The notes beneath the pieces were generated by a model, which did not search any database, was not told where the DNA came from, and was given only the letters and a program-made list of their open reading frames with translations. Below, piece by piece: positions 12,836 to 24,035 of a stretch of 64,000 nt of DNA. The position numbers were made by a program, and so were the translations under genes. The DNA comes from Octopus bimaculoides (lineage: Eukaryota): positions 38,331,991 through 38,395,990 of the forward strand of contig NC_068990.1 of NCBI RefSeq assembly GCF_001194135.2. Reading direction: 5' to 3'. The stretch's first letter is position 1, and each line of letters starts with the position of its first letter.

Positions 12836-13430
12836 CGATTGTTGCGTTCATTTCCTTCACCTTTCTGTCCTCTCACCGCATGAATTCTGTGAATCATTCG
12901 GCTATAACTGCACACTCAATGAAGCTTGACAAGCATTGTCTAATCGCATGTCTGCATTTCAATTTAATAATAATAATGATACTAAAAATATCTATAATAA
13001 TAACAATAAGCATAATGAGGTATTGTTAGGAGTTTAATATATTTTTATTTTCATAAAATGTTTAATACATATTTTTGCCTGTTTATCATGCAGCGCTTGT
13101 TATCTGTCACTTCTGCTTATTGCTTTTGCTCTATTTTTTTATTGAAATTTTGTTTTAATGTTTTAGGCCATTAAATTGCGTTATAAAACAGAAGAGAGAG
13201 AAGAGTGTAGCTGTGAAGGCACGATATTTAGGGAGAGAGCAGATGTTAAATTATAAATTTTATGAAATTTAGTTTCGTTAAGTTCAAGTTCTTGAAGGTT
13301 TGACATTTACTACTTGTATCACTTGGTCTTAAATATAGTATACACCGTATTAAAACAAATTAATTGTATAAGATACATTCATTCGTTTGAAATAGACCAT
13401 TGTGTTTAGTTAAATTATATCGTTATTTCT

Positions 13431-13530
13431 AAGTCGGCGAGCTGGCTGAAACGTTATCACGCCGGGCGACATATTTAGCGGTATTTCGTCTGTATTTATG
13501 CTTTGAGTTCAAATTCTGCCGAGGTCGACT
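13431..13530 (+). mobile_element. SINE family A, 3'-truncated head fragment
   Basis: aagtcggcgagctggctgaaacgttatcacgccgggcg...gagttcaaattctgccgaggtcgact. Confidence 0.85.
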
Positions 13531-13548
13531 ATATATATATACATAATC

Positions 13549-13670
13549 AAGGGATCAGCAAGCATTTGCTTCACCATATACCGAAGTTCAGAAATAGCAG
13601 CTAAAAAAGCTTTTTTAGCTGCTATTTCTGAACTTCGGTATATGGTGAAGCAAATGCTTGCTGATCCCTT
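13549..13670. repeat. Perfect spacer-less palindrome, 2 x 61 bp (138 bp with one mismatch, 13541-13678)
   Basis: aagggatcagcaagcatttgcttcaccatataccgaagttcagaaatagcagctaaaaaag followed by its exact reverse complement; centre at 13609/13610. Confidence 0.97.
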
Positions 13671-14213
13671 AATTATGTTTATAAATGTATGGGAACTTTT
13701 AAATAAGTTCTCCACCGATNNNNNNNNNNNNNNNNNNNNNNNNNNNNNNNNNNNNNNNNNNNNNNNNNNNNNNNNNNNNNNNNNNNNNNNNNNNNNNNNN
13801 NNNNNNNNNNNNNNNNNNNNNNNNNNNNNNNNNNNNNNNNNNNNNNNNNNNNNNNNNNNNNNNNNNNNNNNNNNNNNNNNNNNNNNNNNNNNNNNNNNNN
13901 NNNNNNNNNNNNNNNNNNNNNNNNNNNNNNNNNNNNNNNNNNNNNNNNNNNNNNNNNNNNNNNNNNNNNNNNNNNNNNNNNNNNNNNNNNNNNNNNNNNN
14001 NNNNNNNNNNNNNNNNNNNNNNNNNNNNNNNNNNNNNNNNNNNNNNNNNNNNNNNNNNNNNNNNNNNNNNNNNNNNNNNNNNNNNNNNNNNNNNNNNNNN
14101 NNNNNNNNNNNNNNNNNNNNNNNNNNNNNNNNNNNNNNNNNNNNNNNNNNNNNNNNNNNNNNNNNNNNNNNNNNNNNNNNNNNNNNNNNNNNNNNNNNNN
14201 NNNNNNNNNNNNN

Positions 14214-14298
14214 GCAAGTGTCTTCTCCTATAGCCTCTGGCCGACCAAAGCCTTGTAAGTGGATTTAGTAGACGGAAACTGAAAGAAGTCCGTCGTAG

Positions 14299-14341
<43 letters not shown>

Positions 14342-14541
14342 TATGCTTGTCCTCATCATCGTTTAACAACCGATATTGGTGTGTTTACGTCCCCGTAACT
14401 TAGAGGCTCGTCAAAACAGACCGATGGAATAAGTACTAGGCTTACAAAGACTAAACTTTGGGGTTGATTTGCTCCACTAAAGGCGGTGCGATAGCATGGC
14501 CGCAGTGAAATGACTGAAACAAATAAAACAATAAAAGAATA
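14214..14541 (+). mobile_element. CORE-type SINE, family B, with internal (TG)n; head lost in gap
   Basis: gcaagtgtcttctcctatagcc...gccgaccaaagccttgtaagtggatttagtagacggaaactgaaagaag, (TG)n, ...gtgtttacgtccccgtaacttag...gaataagtactagg...gcatggccgcag...tgactgaaac. Related copies at 34801, 36001, 39996 and 59398. Confidence 0.88.
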
Positions 14542-14774
14542 TATATCGTGAAGTATATTTGCCACCTAAAGGGGTCATGCTACTGTAGCTTGTAGCCCCA
14601 GGAAGACATCTCCACTAGCTGGCTATAGACACACGTTCTGTGTCCTATCAGTATTTGCAAAGGGAAGTCATCTTTCCCATCTCCATATATATATAAACGC
14701 ACACACACACATACACATATATATATAAACATACACACACAAACATACATACATACATACATACATACATACAT

Positions 14775-15010
14775 AACTGTGCGTGCGTGTGTCTGTGTAT
14801 TTCTTGTGTCTGATTTCGTTCTCCCCCCGCTTGAAATCCCACAGCTGGTGTTGGATTGTTTACCTCCTTTTCATTTAGTGATTCGGGCAAAAGTGATTAT
14901 AATATAGGCACCAGACTTAAAAATTAAGTATAAGGTCTGACGAACGCTTCGACGAACGCTTTCAATACAGTGTATCAGCATGGACACAGTTCAAATACCG
15001 AGATAAATAA
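14775..15010 (+). mobile_element. Degenerate 3' part of family B SINE
   Basis: ctggtgttggattgtttac...atataggcaccagacttaaaaa...cagcatggacacagttcaaat...aaataaataaaag. Confidence 0.55.
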
Positions 15011-15689
15011 AAGCCTAAATAACAAATATTTCTGCTAGAGAAATTTTATATTTCTCTTACAGGATATGGTCGGGACAGACCTAAAATATGAACATAGCAG
15101 GTCGTCAAAATATTGTGATAAAATTTGTATCTGAGCGAAAGAAGTAGTCGGGGAAATATTATATGATGGTTGCGGGGCATCCACCAGGGCCATCGTAAGC
15201 CATTGAAAATGGCAAATGAGTAAAATAATATAGATTCAATAGACAAATGAGCTATGTTGTGCGGGAAGGAGCACATTGAACTGTATTAACAATATGATAT
15301 ATTATATCCTTATATCAGATCTGGAATGATATTATTAAAAAAAAAAATGCAATATTTGGCAGCATTTGAACTTGAAGCTAAGAAGATGCAAACTAAATAA
15401 GCTGTAATACGTTTAGTCTGACAGTCTGCTGTCTCAGCACATTCAACTACTCAAAACCATTATATCCATTCTTCTATTTCTTTACTTTCAGTAATGTTCT
15501 GGAAGACAGTTTAAGCTAGGAATATTACCATTTTGATTGTCAGCCTAATATCAAAATCTCACATTTTGCTTTCAAATATTTTCACTTCGCTCTTAATCAA
15601 TTGTATACAATACTGAAATATATACAATTTGAATCAGGAACCCATTAGTGTAAACTATAATTTTGTAATGTAATATACGGATGAAACTA

Positions 15690-15691
15690 AA

Positions 15692-15742
<51 letters not shown>

Positions 15743-15827
15743 TGTTTCATACGTCTACATGTCTAAATAACTGTCTTTCTTCCCGACATCACTTTGTGAG
15801 CATGTGTTTGTGTATGTGTATATGCGC

Positions 15828-15922
<95 letters not shown>

Positions 15923-15975
15923 TATATGTATGTATGTATATAATATATATATATATATATATATGTACATACATA
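15690..15975. repeat. (TATC)n plus (TA)n/(TG)n microsatellites
   Basis: Direct reading. Confidence 0.92.
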
Positions 15976-16929
15976 CATACATTGCAAACTGAAAGCTAGC
16001 TACAAGCTGTATTCTCAAGCATTTGAGTGTGCACTACATTGGAAATGGTGCTTTACTAATATATAAACTCAAAACGGTATATATGAACTCTCTCTTTCTC
16101 TCTCTCTCCCTTTCCACTTTCTCACTCTCTCTCTCTATTTCTCTCTCTCTTATATGTGCTGATATGTACACGGGATCTTATTTTTCTTATGTGACTTGAG
16201 AATATGCTTCTATCTGCACATAGCAACAAGAAAATGTTCCACACTTTGTAGAAGTGGTCTATGTGCGGTAGAGATATCGTATAATGTTTTATGAATTATA
16301 TCGTTATAATAGATAAATTGTATCTGATCTGAATTTAGAACGATGAAAAAACTGTCGACAACATTTGATTTTGCTAATACGAGGAGCAGAAGCCAACGCC
16401 ATGCCGTAACTCCTGTTAAATCTCAATGATTATTAGATATGATTATGTTAAAAATGGTGCAAAATATTGTGTGTGACAACTGCGTGTCTATTTTATGTAA
16501 GATATAAAGTCTATCACGTTTTAATTTTTCGCTAACAAAGGTACACGTCACAATTCATACGTGTTTAGGTGTCATAGGTAGAGATCAGAAAATGAGTCTC
16601 TCATACATTAGATTCTTGGTATAATATACTTTATAACTGCTTTCAGTTTTCGCTTCTGAGTATTTTCCTCTGTATGTGTATGTGCGCACGTGTGTGCGTG
16701 TGTACATACTGTGTGCGCCTAAAATACATACACACATTGAATGAGTATAAAGTCAGTGTTTATATAAATATATTTAATCTTCAAAATTTAATTGGATCCG
16801 CACAGAATTTACATTTTCACGAACATTTGTTTTCGGACTGATGACCGATCTGGTCCAGACATTATTAATAAAGTGAAGCAACGGAATCGTCCGATACCTG
16901 TGCGAATTATTCAAGAGCTGTTACCATTC

Positions 16930-17310
16930 CGTCGGCATTCATTTGCTTTGTTCTATAAAATTTAAGGTCTAGCTCCTGATTTTGGAATTGAAAACGATAC
17001 TAATCGTCGAATTGGATGACGCTGCATTATACCAAAGATACCGTCTTCTCAATCCGAATAAGGAGTACTTTAATATCTTGAGTTTCAAGGGCCCAGAACT
17101 ATTCAATGTTCTACCAAGCAGGCTCAGAGATTTGTGGAGTGTAGATACGGACTTCTTCAAAGTACGACAGGAAAATTTTTTATCTGGGATACCAGATGAA
17201 TCGACACTGCAGCTGTCGGCCCACAAAGAAGAGGAACTTCAACCAACTCGTTTCTTTACTAGAAACAATACTGTGAGGAAACCCAGTCATAGCATCGCTT
17301 AATACTCTGA
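16930..17310 (+). pseudogene. LINE (CR1/L2/Crack-like) ORF2 C-terminal relic
   Basis: YKI*GLAPDFGIENDTNRRIG, then NILSFKGPELFNVLPSRLRDLWSVDTDFFKVRQENFLSGIPDE. This matches the GPxLFNxLPxxLR...FKxxLDxFLxxxPDE tail of these reverse transcriptases. Confidence 0.8.
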
Positions 17311-17375
17311 CTGAGACATACTTGTATACACAGCATGGCCTAATCCTCTGGCTGAAACAACGATTAAAACATTGA

Positions 17376-17417
<42 letters not shown>

Positions 17418-17769
17418 NNNNNNNNNNNNNNNNNNNNNNNNNNNNNNNNNNNNNNNNNNNNNNNNNNNNNNNNNNNNNNNNNNNNNNNNNNNNNNNNNNN
17501 NNNNNNNNNNNNNNNNNNNNNNNNNNNNNNNNNNNNNNNNNNNNNNNNNNNNNNNNNNNNNNNNNNNNNNNNNNNNNNNNNNNNNNNNNNNNNNNNNNNN
17601 NNNNNNNNNNNNNNNNNNNNNNNNNNNNNNNNNNNNNNNNNNNNNNNNNNNNNNNNNNNNNNNNNNNNNAATTTTTTCTGTGTACTATATAATCAGAGAG
17701 AGAGAGAGAGTACATAACACAGTAGTCGCAAGAGGAGATGGGAAAATTAAATTTTATATGAGAATATAA

Positions 17770-17791
17770 ATGATGATGGTGGTGGTGGTGA

Positions 17792-17835
<44 letters not shown>

Positions 17836-17845
17836 GCGTTCGTAA

Positions 17846-17876
<31 letters not shown>

Positions 17877-18120
17877 ATTTCATGAAGATACCATTTTTAA
17901 TGCATACTTTATTGTACATCGCACCACAAATTATAAACAAAACATTTCCTACAAAATAGCCTCACTTCCACAAACACCTCCATGAAAAACTCCCACCACC
18001 ACACCACACCTAACGCTACCACCAGCAGCAGAGCCTCCAATACACTCATTATAATCAATCATCACCGTCGTCGTCGTCATCGTCGTCGTCATCATCATCA
18101 TCGTAGTCGTAGTCATCACA
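17770..18120. repeat. (GAT)n then (CAC/CAT/CGT)n microsatellites
   Basis: Direct reading. Confidence 0.85.
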
Positions 18121-19199
18121 AATCCAACAACTAAGTTCTTTTAATAAAATATTATCAAATATACTAATAAAAACAATATTCGCAGATTATTAATAACAAT
18201 GTTAAATACAATAATATTTATAATAATGATAATTAAGTGGTTTTTATGATGCAGTTCTGTTCTAACATACTTGTATACATGGGCTTCATACACGCACATC
18301 GCATTCATACATAACTATAATACCTATACGTGTGTGTGTGTGTATGTATGTATGTATGTATGTATGTATACAAACAGAGATATATTTGAATATCTGTAAT
18401 ATATATGTCTGTGCGTGTGTGTTTACATATATATATATATATATANNNNNNNNNNNNNNNNNNNNNNNNNNNNNNNNNNNNNNNNNNNNNNNNNNNNNNN
18501 NNNNNNNNNNNNNNNNNNNNNNNNNNNNNNNNNNNNNNNNNNNNNNNNNNNNNNNNNNNNNNNNNNNNNNNNNNNNNNNNNNNNNNNNNNNNNNNNNNNN
18601 NNNNNNNNNNNNNNNNNNNNNNNNNNNNNNNNNNNNNNNNNNNNNNNNNNNNNNNNNNNNNNNNNNNNNNNNNNNNNNNNNNNNNNNNNNNNNNNNNNNN
18701 NNNNNNNNNNNNNNNNNNNNNNNNNNNNNNNNNNNNNNNNNNNNNNNNNNNNNNNNNNNNNNNNNNNNNNNNNNNNNNNNNNNNNNNNNNNNNNNNNNNN
18801 NNNNNNNNNNNNNNNNNNNNNNNNNNNNNNNNNNNNNNNNNNNNNNNNNNNNNNNNNNNNNNNNNNNNNNNNNNNNNNNNNNNNNNNNNNNNNNNNNNNN
18901 NNNNNNNNNNNNNNNNNNNNNNNNNNNNNNNNNNNNNNNNNNNNNNNNNNNNNNNNNNNNNNNNNNNNNNNNNNNNNNNNNNNNNNNNNNNNNNNNNNNN
19001 NNNNNNNNNNNNNNNNNNNNNNNNNNNNNNNNNNNNNNNNNNNNNNNNNNNNNNNNNNNNNNNNNNNNNNNNNNNNNNNNNNNNNNNNNNNNNNNNNNNN
19101 NNNNNNNNNNNNNNNNNNNNNNNNNNNNNNNNNNNNNNNNNNNNNNNNNNNNNNNNNNNNNNNNNNNNNNNNNNNNNNNNNNNNNNNNNNNNNNNNNNN

Positions 19200-19580
19200 G
19201 GAGGCGCAATGGCCCAGTGGTTAGGGCAGCGGACTCGCGGTCATAGGATCGCGGTTTCGATTCCCAGACCGGGCGTTGTGAGTGTTTATTGAGCGAAAAA
19301 ACCTAAAGCTCCACGAGGCTCCGGCAGGCGGTGGTGGCGAACCCTGCTGTACTCTTTCACCACAACTTTCTCTCACTCTTCCTGTTTCTGTTGTGCCTGT
19401 AATTCAAAGGGTCAGCCTTGTCACACTTTGTCACGCTGAATATCCCCGAGAACTACGTTAAAGGTACACGTGTTTGTGGAGTGCTCAGCCACTTGCACGT
19501 TAACTTCACGAGCAGGCTGTTTTGTTAATCAGGTCAACTGGAACCCTCGACGTCGTAAGTGACGGAGTGCCAACAACAGC
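19200..19580 (+). mobile_element. tRNA-derived SINE, family C, tail type 1, near full length
   Basis: A-box tggcccagtgg, B-box ggtttcgattccc, body aaagctccacgaggctccggcagg, 3' end ggagtgccaacaaca. Confidence 0.9.
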
Positions 19581-19599
19581 TTGAACACGTGTTGGTTAT

Positions 19600-20280
19600 G
19601 TTTCTCATAGTACTGCTAGTTGTGTTGTGGTGATGGTTGGTAGTGGTGCTTATATTAATGGTGGCTCTAGAGTTGTTTTTCAACATAGTAGTGCTTGATG
19701 CATTGATACTGATGCTGTCCTATGTGCTCTTCACGGTAATAATGATGGCAATAGTGATAATGGTTGTGATGTCGACTGTGGTGAATGTGATGTCTATGAT
19801 ATTTTGCTAACGGTGAAGTGAGAGGTAATGGAATGGCCAAGTGAAGGATCTGTTGTTCATATATTGGTGTTGTGATAGTCATAGTGATGAACATTTTAGT
19901 ACGGGCTTGAAAAAGTTGATTGGGATGGTGGTGGTAGCGGTAGTAGTGACGAGGATGAAGTTGCTGGTAATGGCGGAGATGGTAATGAAGGTTGTAAAGA
20001 TGAAGGTGATCATGATGAAGTGATGATGCTGGCGTCGATGATGAAGGAGTTGGTAATGTTTAAAGTGGTGATGTTGAAGCTCGATAGGAGTAAGATCAGG
20101 AGCGATCAGGTGATGATGATGACGCAGTCATAAAGAGATTCGTGGAAATGGTGATTATGTGGTCGTGGTGAAATTGTTGGTGAAGGTGGCAGGGATGAAG
20201 AAGCTGTTGACAGAAGTGGAGGTGGTGGAGATAGTGGTAATGAAGGTGGAGGTAATTATGGTGGTAGTGATGCATTTCCA
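19600..20280. repeat. Ancient degenerate (GAT/GGT)n low-complexity tract
   Basis: 3-bp periodic gat/ggt/gtg-rich sequence. Confidence 0.75.
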
Positions 20281-20289
20281 CCTTTGCTG

Positions 20290-21450
20290 AATCGACTAAA
20301 AGTCCTCATTTTCGAATCTACTTTTACTTAGTCTGTACCATCAAATCATTGTCTCCTAAGACTTTCCTTTATTTGACCGAACAGGTAGATGCCGAAGTGT
20401 GTCAGATCCATGTTGTATGGTGGATAGAAGATTACTAATCGATCCAATTTGCTGATTACCAGATTTGTTAGGAATGATGCGTGTGTTTGCACATTATCAC
20501 TGTCAATATAGAGCGTCTTCAAATTTTTGTTTGCTGTATTTCTCTTTTATGAATTCTATTTCGAGATAGTCGTTTTCTTTCCTTTTTTTATTTCTGCCAG
20601 ATAAACACACGCACTATATATTCGTCCTTCACTTGTTTATACTTATTCTTATATTTTTCTTATGTCCATTGTCTGGAAATCTTTCTTCGCACACCTGCGA
20701 TCTCTTCAGAAAAAGAAAAAGACCATCCCGAAATTTAACAATATCTGTTTCAACATATGATTTCTCATCTGAAATCTTGCAAAACAAATTCATAAACGTA
20801 AAATTCCATACGCTTTTTTGTAGTATCTCGATATAATGTGCGTTGCTTACGGTATAGCTATATTCCAGACAATCAAGCAGAATGACAATATTATAATCTC
20901 CCTGCCAATGAAAAACATCCACTATTAATTTCTGTGTTGATCGCTGATTCTTGAACGCCTGAGGAGCTGGCGAGAAAGTGTGACACCGTTGCAATGATTA
21001 TGCTTTTATTTCCGGATCATACAGATACGTCTACATTTTTTATCCCTAGTCAAAAGATCAAAACAAAACGTGCTTTCAGTGGTTTCAAATACGATCAGTA
21101 GATCCCTATAAACACGTAGTTTTCTCTCTTTCAAATTAGGGGTAAGCTCTCCCTTCAACCATCTTCTGTAATGCATTGTGATCACAGTCAATTTATGCAG
21201 CAAGCACACGAAGTCTGTCCACGGGTATCTGTCTGTCCCCGAGTATCAATTTGTCCCCTCAGTAGTAATTCGTTTCATTGATTGCACATGACTGTCTCTC
21301 AGTGGGTGATATGTCTTCAGCATTGTTTCCATTCCTTTAAACTTGTTATCCATCTGTGCACATTGCTATTTGTGAAGAATGCGATTTCTGTTAGCAGCTT
21401 GTAGCAACCTGAATGTGGGAGATCTTGCATCCCACCCAAGTTAAGACCTC
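20290..21450 (-). pseudogene. Degenerate mariner transposase, interrupted at ~20530-20790
   Basis: Minus-strand blocks in order: HTH region, RRWLKGELTPNLKERK (WVPHEL-like), LLTRD, SPAPQAFKNQRSTQKLIVDVF...ILLDCLE...YIEIL, then DN..HAS...FYPPYNMDL...YLFGQIKESLR (YSPDL-like). Confidence 0.8.
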
Positions 21451-21497
21451 AATGACGTCTCGTTACTTCTGCTTAGGATTCATTATTTGTCAGTAAT

Positions 21498-21830
21498 GAA
21501 GACAATGGTCCAGTGGTTAGGGCAGCGGACTCGCGGTCGGAGGATCGCGGTTTCGATTCCCAGACCGGGCGTTGTGTGTGTTTATTGAGCGAAAACACCT
21601 AAAGGCTCCACAAGGCTCCGGCAGGGGGTGTTGGCGACCCCTGTTGTACTCTTTCGCCCCAACTTACTCTCGCTCTTTCTTCCTGTTTCTTGAGTAACGC
21701 TGCGATGGACTGGCGTCCCGTCCAGCTTGGTTGGGGGGGGGGACATACGCCATAAAAACCGGGAAATAGAGCCCATGAGCCTGGCTAGGCTTTAAAAGGG
21801 CGCAAAGAAGAAAGAAGAATGAAGAAAAAA
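21498..21830 (+). mobile_element. tRNA-derived SINE, family C head and body with a different tail (type 2, V-SINE-like motif)
   Basis: First ~190 bp homologous to 19200-19389, then gtaacgctgcgatggactggcgtcccgtccag...aaaccggga...atgagcctggctaggctttaaaagggcgc and an (aag)n tail. Confidence 0.88.
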
Positions 21831-22855
21831 CATGAGAGAGAGTTGCCATCTACCAACGTCTGCCATTAATGATGACTGAAACTACTGGCTCACAGAAATC
21901 TTATTGTCATTCTTGTCTCATCCGGACGTATTAGCGAAAGAGATTTTGACAGGCACTCCAGTACTTCACTGGTTTTAGATCAATAATGCAGAAACAACGT
22001 GTGTATGTGGTCAATAAACATAGGTATGTTGATACAGAAAAACATATTGTAAATGTTTTTTGATGAGCAGTTATGGTAGTGGTCGAAATCCGTCTTTCGA
22101 CTAGGACGATTCAATTGTTCAGTCAAATGAATTACTTTCTTCTGAATTAACCTGTAAGTGGCTTAGTATTTCATACATACGTGCATTTTAATGCAAGTGT
22201 CAGGAAGAAATCAACATGATACAATGTAGGAGAAGGCTGTATATTTTGGGTTACAGTTGCAATCCAGTTGACGAGTTTTTAACCAGTCTCTGCGCCCAAT
22301 GTTTTACACACAGGTTAAGGGTTGCTCCATGGTTACGCAATATTTTATCGGCTCAGGTTATCAGACAGTGGGATCGAACCAGGAAAATTGTGGTTGAGAA
22401 AGGAACATTTTAAGTAGTCGAAGAAAACTACTGCTTCAACGTGCAGTTTGCATAACTAAAATTTATATATTCTGCTGACAAAGTCGAACAAGCCAGAAGC
22501 ATGTCTAATGCTGCCAACTTTATCGCTAGCAAACATCACAAAATTGATTCCATTTAATTAATACTTCAACCTTCATTGTGTGAAATCAACTCTCATTTCA
22601 TTACACTGTCGTTAACAAATGCTACTAGTTCGTTTTTTATTATTATTTTCTTCTAACTAAGATTGAATTTTAAATTTAGCAATGAAGACATTAACACTTT
22701 CATTTAAGCACTGCAGTTGGATGTAATGTGTTGCAGTAGTCGCAGATGTAAATATATTTCTGAATTTCAGTTCTATATTTAAGAGATAAGGAATAATGTA
22801 CATTATTTACATTATTTACATTTGACGGGTATTTATCCTCATCTTGTTTGTTTTT

Positions 22856-22901
22856 AATATAACCTTTCGGCCGATATACCCTCCAGCCTTCATCAGGTGA
22901 C
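22856..22901 (-). ncRNA. Minimal type I hammerhead ribozyme, decayed copy (left arm)
   Basis: gtcac CTGATGA a ggctg-gagggtatat-cggcc GAAA gg TT atatt. Core and stem II intact; stems I and III mutated. Confidence 0.55.
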
Positions 22902-23207
22902 TTGGGGAAATTTCAAGCCTGGGTTCTCATTCCTAAGGTATTTTTCAGTCTTGTTATTATCATTATTATTACTGTTGTTGTTATTATTATTAAGGTCACT
23001 ACCTGGAATCTAACTCGGAAACTTGGGGTTAGTAGCCCGCGCTTTTAACCACTGCACCATATGCATGGGCATATGGCGTAGAGGTTAAGAGCGCGGGCTA
23101 CTAACCCCAAGATTCCGAGTTCGATTCTTGGCACTGACCTGAATTATAATAGTAATAACATCGAAAAATACCTTAGGAATGAGAAACCAAGTTCGAAATT
23201 TCCCAAA

Positions 23208-23252
23208 GACATCTGATGAAGGCAGGAGGGTATATCAACCGAAACGTTGTGT
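23208..23252 (+). ncRNA. Minimal type I hammerhead ribozyme, partly decayed copy (right arm)
   Basis: gacat CTGATGA a ggcag-gagggtatat-caacc GAAA CG TT gtgt. Core, ACGU stem III and stem I present; stem II has 2 mismatches. Confidence 0.6.
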
Positions 23253-23958
23253 GAACAACAAACAAGATGAGAATAAATACCCGTCAAATATAAATAATGT
23301 AAATAATGTAAATAATGTAAATAATTTCTGAATTTATATTATGCTTTTGTTTCAACTCAGCTAACTTTTACTTTGCTCTGTTTCTTTCACTGAGTACCCC
23401 CACGTGTGTTCCAGCATATGCATGGTCATTGGTCTGCTGGTAGGGACAGTCATATCACAATCAGATCCATCCAGTGATTTGACTGTGATTTGAATGTTTA
23501 TTTAAAAATAAAACACACATCGGACAATGTAATCCTACATGCACTTAAAGACAATGGAAAGTTACGGATGAATACTTATGTTTTAGTTATACTAAGCCAG
23601 GAGTGATCTGGAGCTATACTACAACATCATCATATTCTCCCAGTTACTAACGAACATGCCTCTATGTAATCGCACTATTTGCTAGGCATAATAGCTACAT
23701 GTGGGTGAGTCAAAATTTTGGTCAAATTTCTTTCATTTGCCAGTCAGTTTATTGTGGTTCTGATGAAGAGAAAAGCATGGGACTGGTTATTTTTAAATCG
23801 GTCACCTCTCGATTAATACGATAGAACTATGGATAAACACAATTCAACTAATACTTGCTGAAAACACACGTAGGGTTTTCAAAAAATATACGCATTTTCT
23901 GTTTCTGTTATGTGTGAGTGTGTATGTGTTTAGGGGCGTGCATGTGCGAACGTGGGTG

Positions 23959-24035
23959 TATAAATTGGGAATAGACTGTTACTTTTGAATATATGTACTG
24001 TATCTTCAAAAGTAACAGTTTATCTACGATTTATA
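23959..24035 (+). ncRNA. Candidate pre-miRNA-like hairpin
   Basis: 31-nt arms pair at 29/31 positions without gaps (3 G-U), 15-nt loop. For a 5' cut at 23971: basal UG at -14, apical UGU at +24, CNNC 16 nt after the 3' cut. Confidence 0.4.

Larger units (their letters stand above)
22789..23329. mobile_element. Palindromic head-to-head dimer of a tRNA-headed element with Penelope-type hammerhead tails
   Basis: Left arm 22789-23064 is the reverse complement of right arm 23069-23329 with scattered substitutions. Each arm: tRNA-like head (A-box tggcgtagagg, B-box gagttcgattc), (TAA)n linker, tail with CTGATGA...GAAAC motif, (aatgtaaat)n end. Confidence 0.92.

Noticed and set aside
16846-16900. 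CTGATGA followed by gaatcgtc, a possible hammerhead
   Set aside because: No GAAA, no stem II, and the stem I register is incompatible.
23069-23140. tRNA-like sequence (and similar heads at 19200 and 21498)
   Set aside because: A and B boxes are present but there is no proper acceptor stem, and each is fused to a repeat body. These are SINE heads, not tRNA genes.
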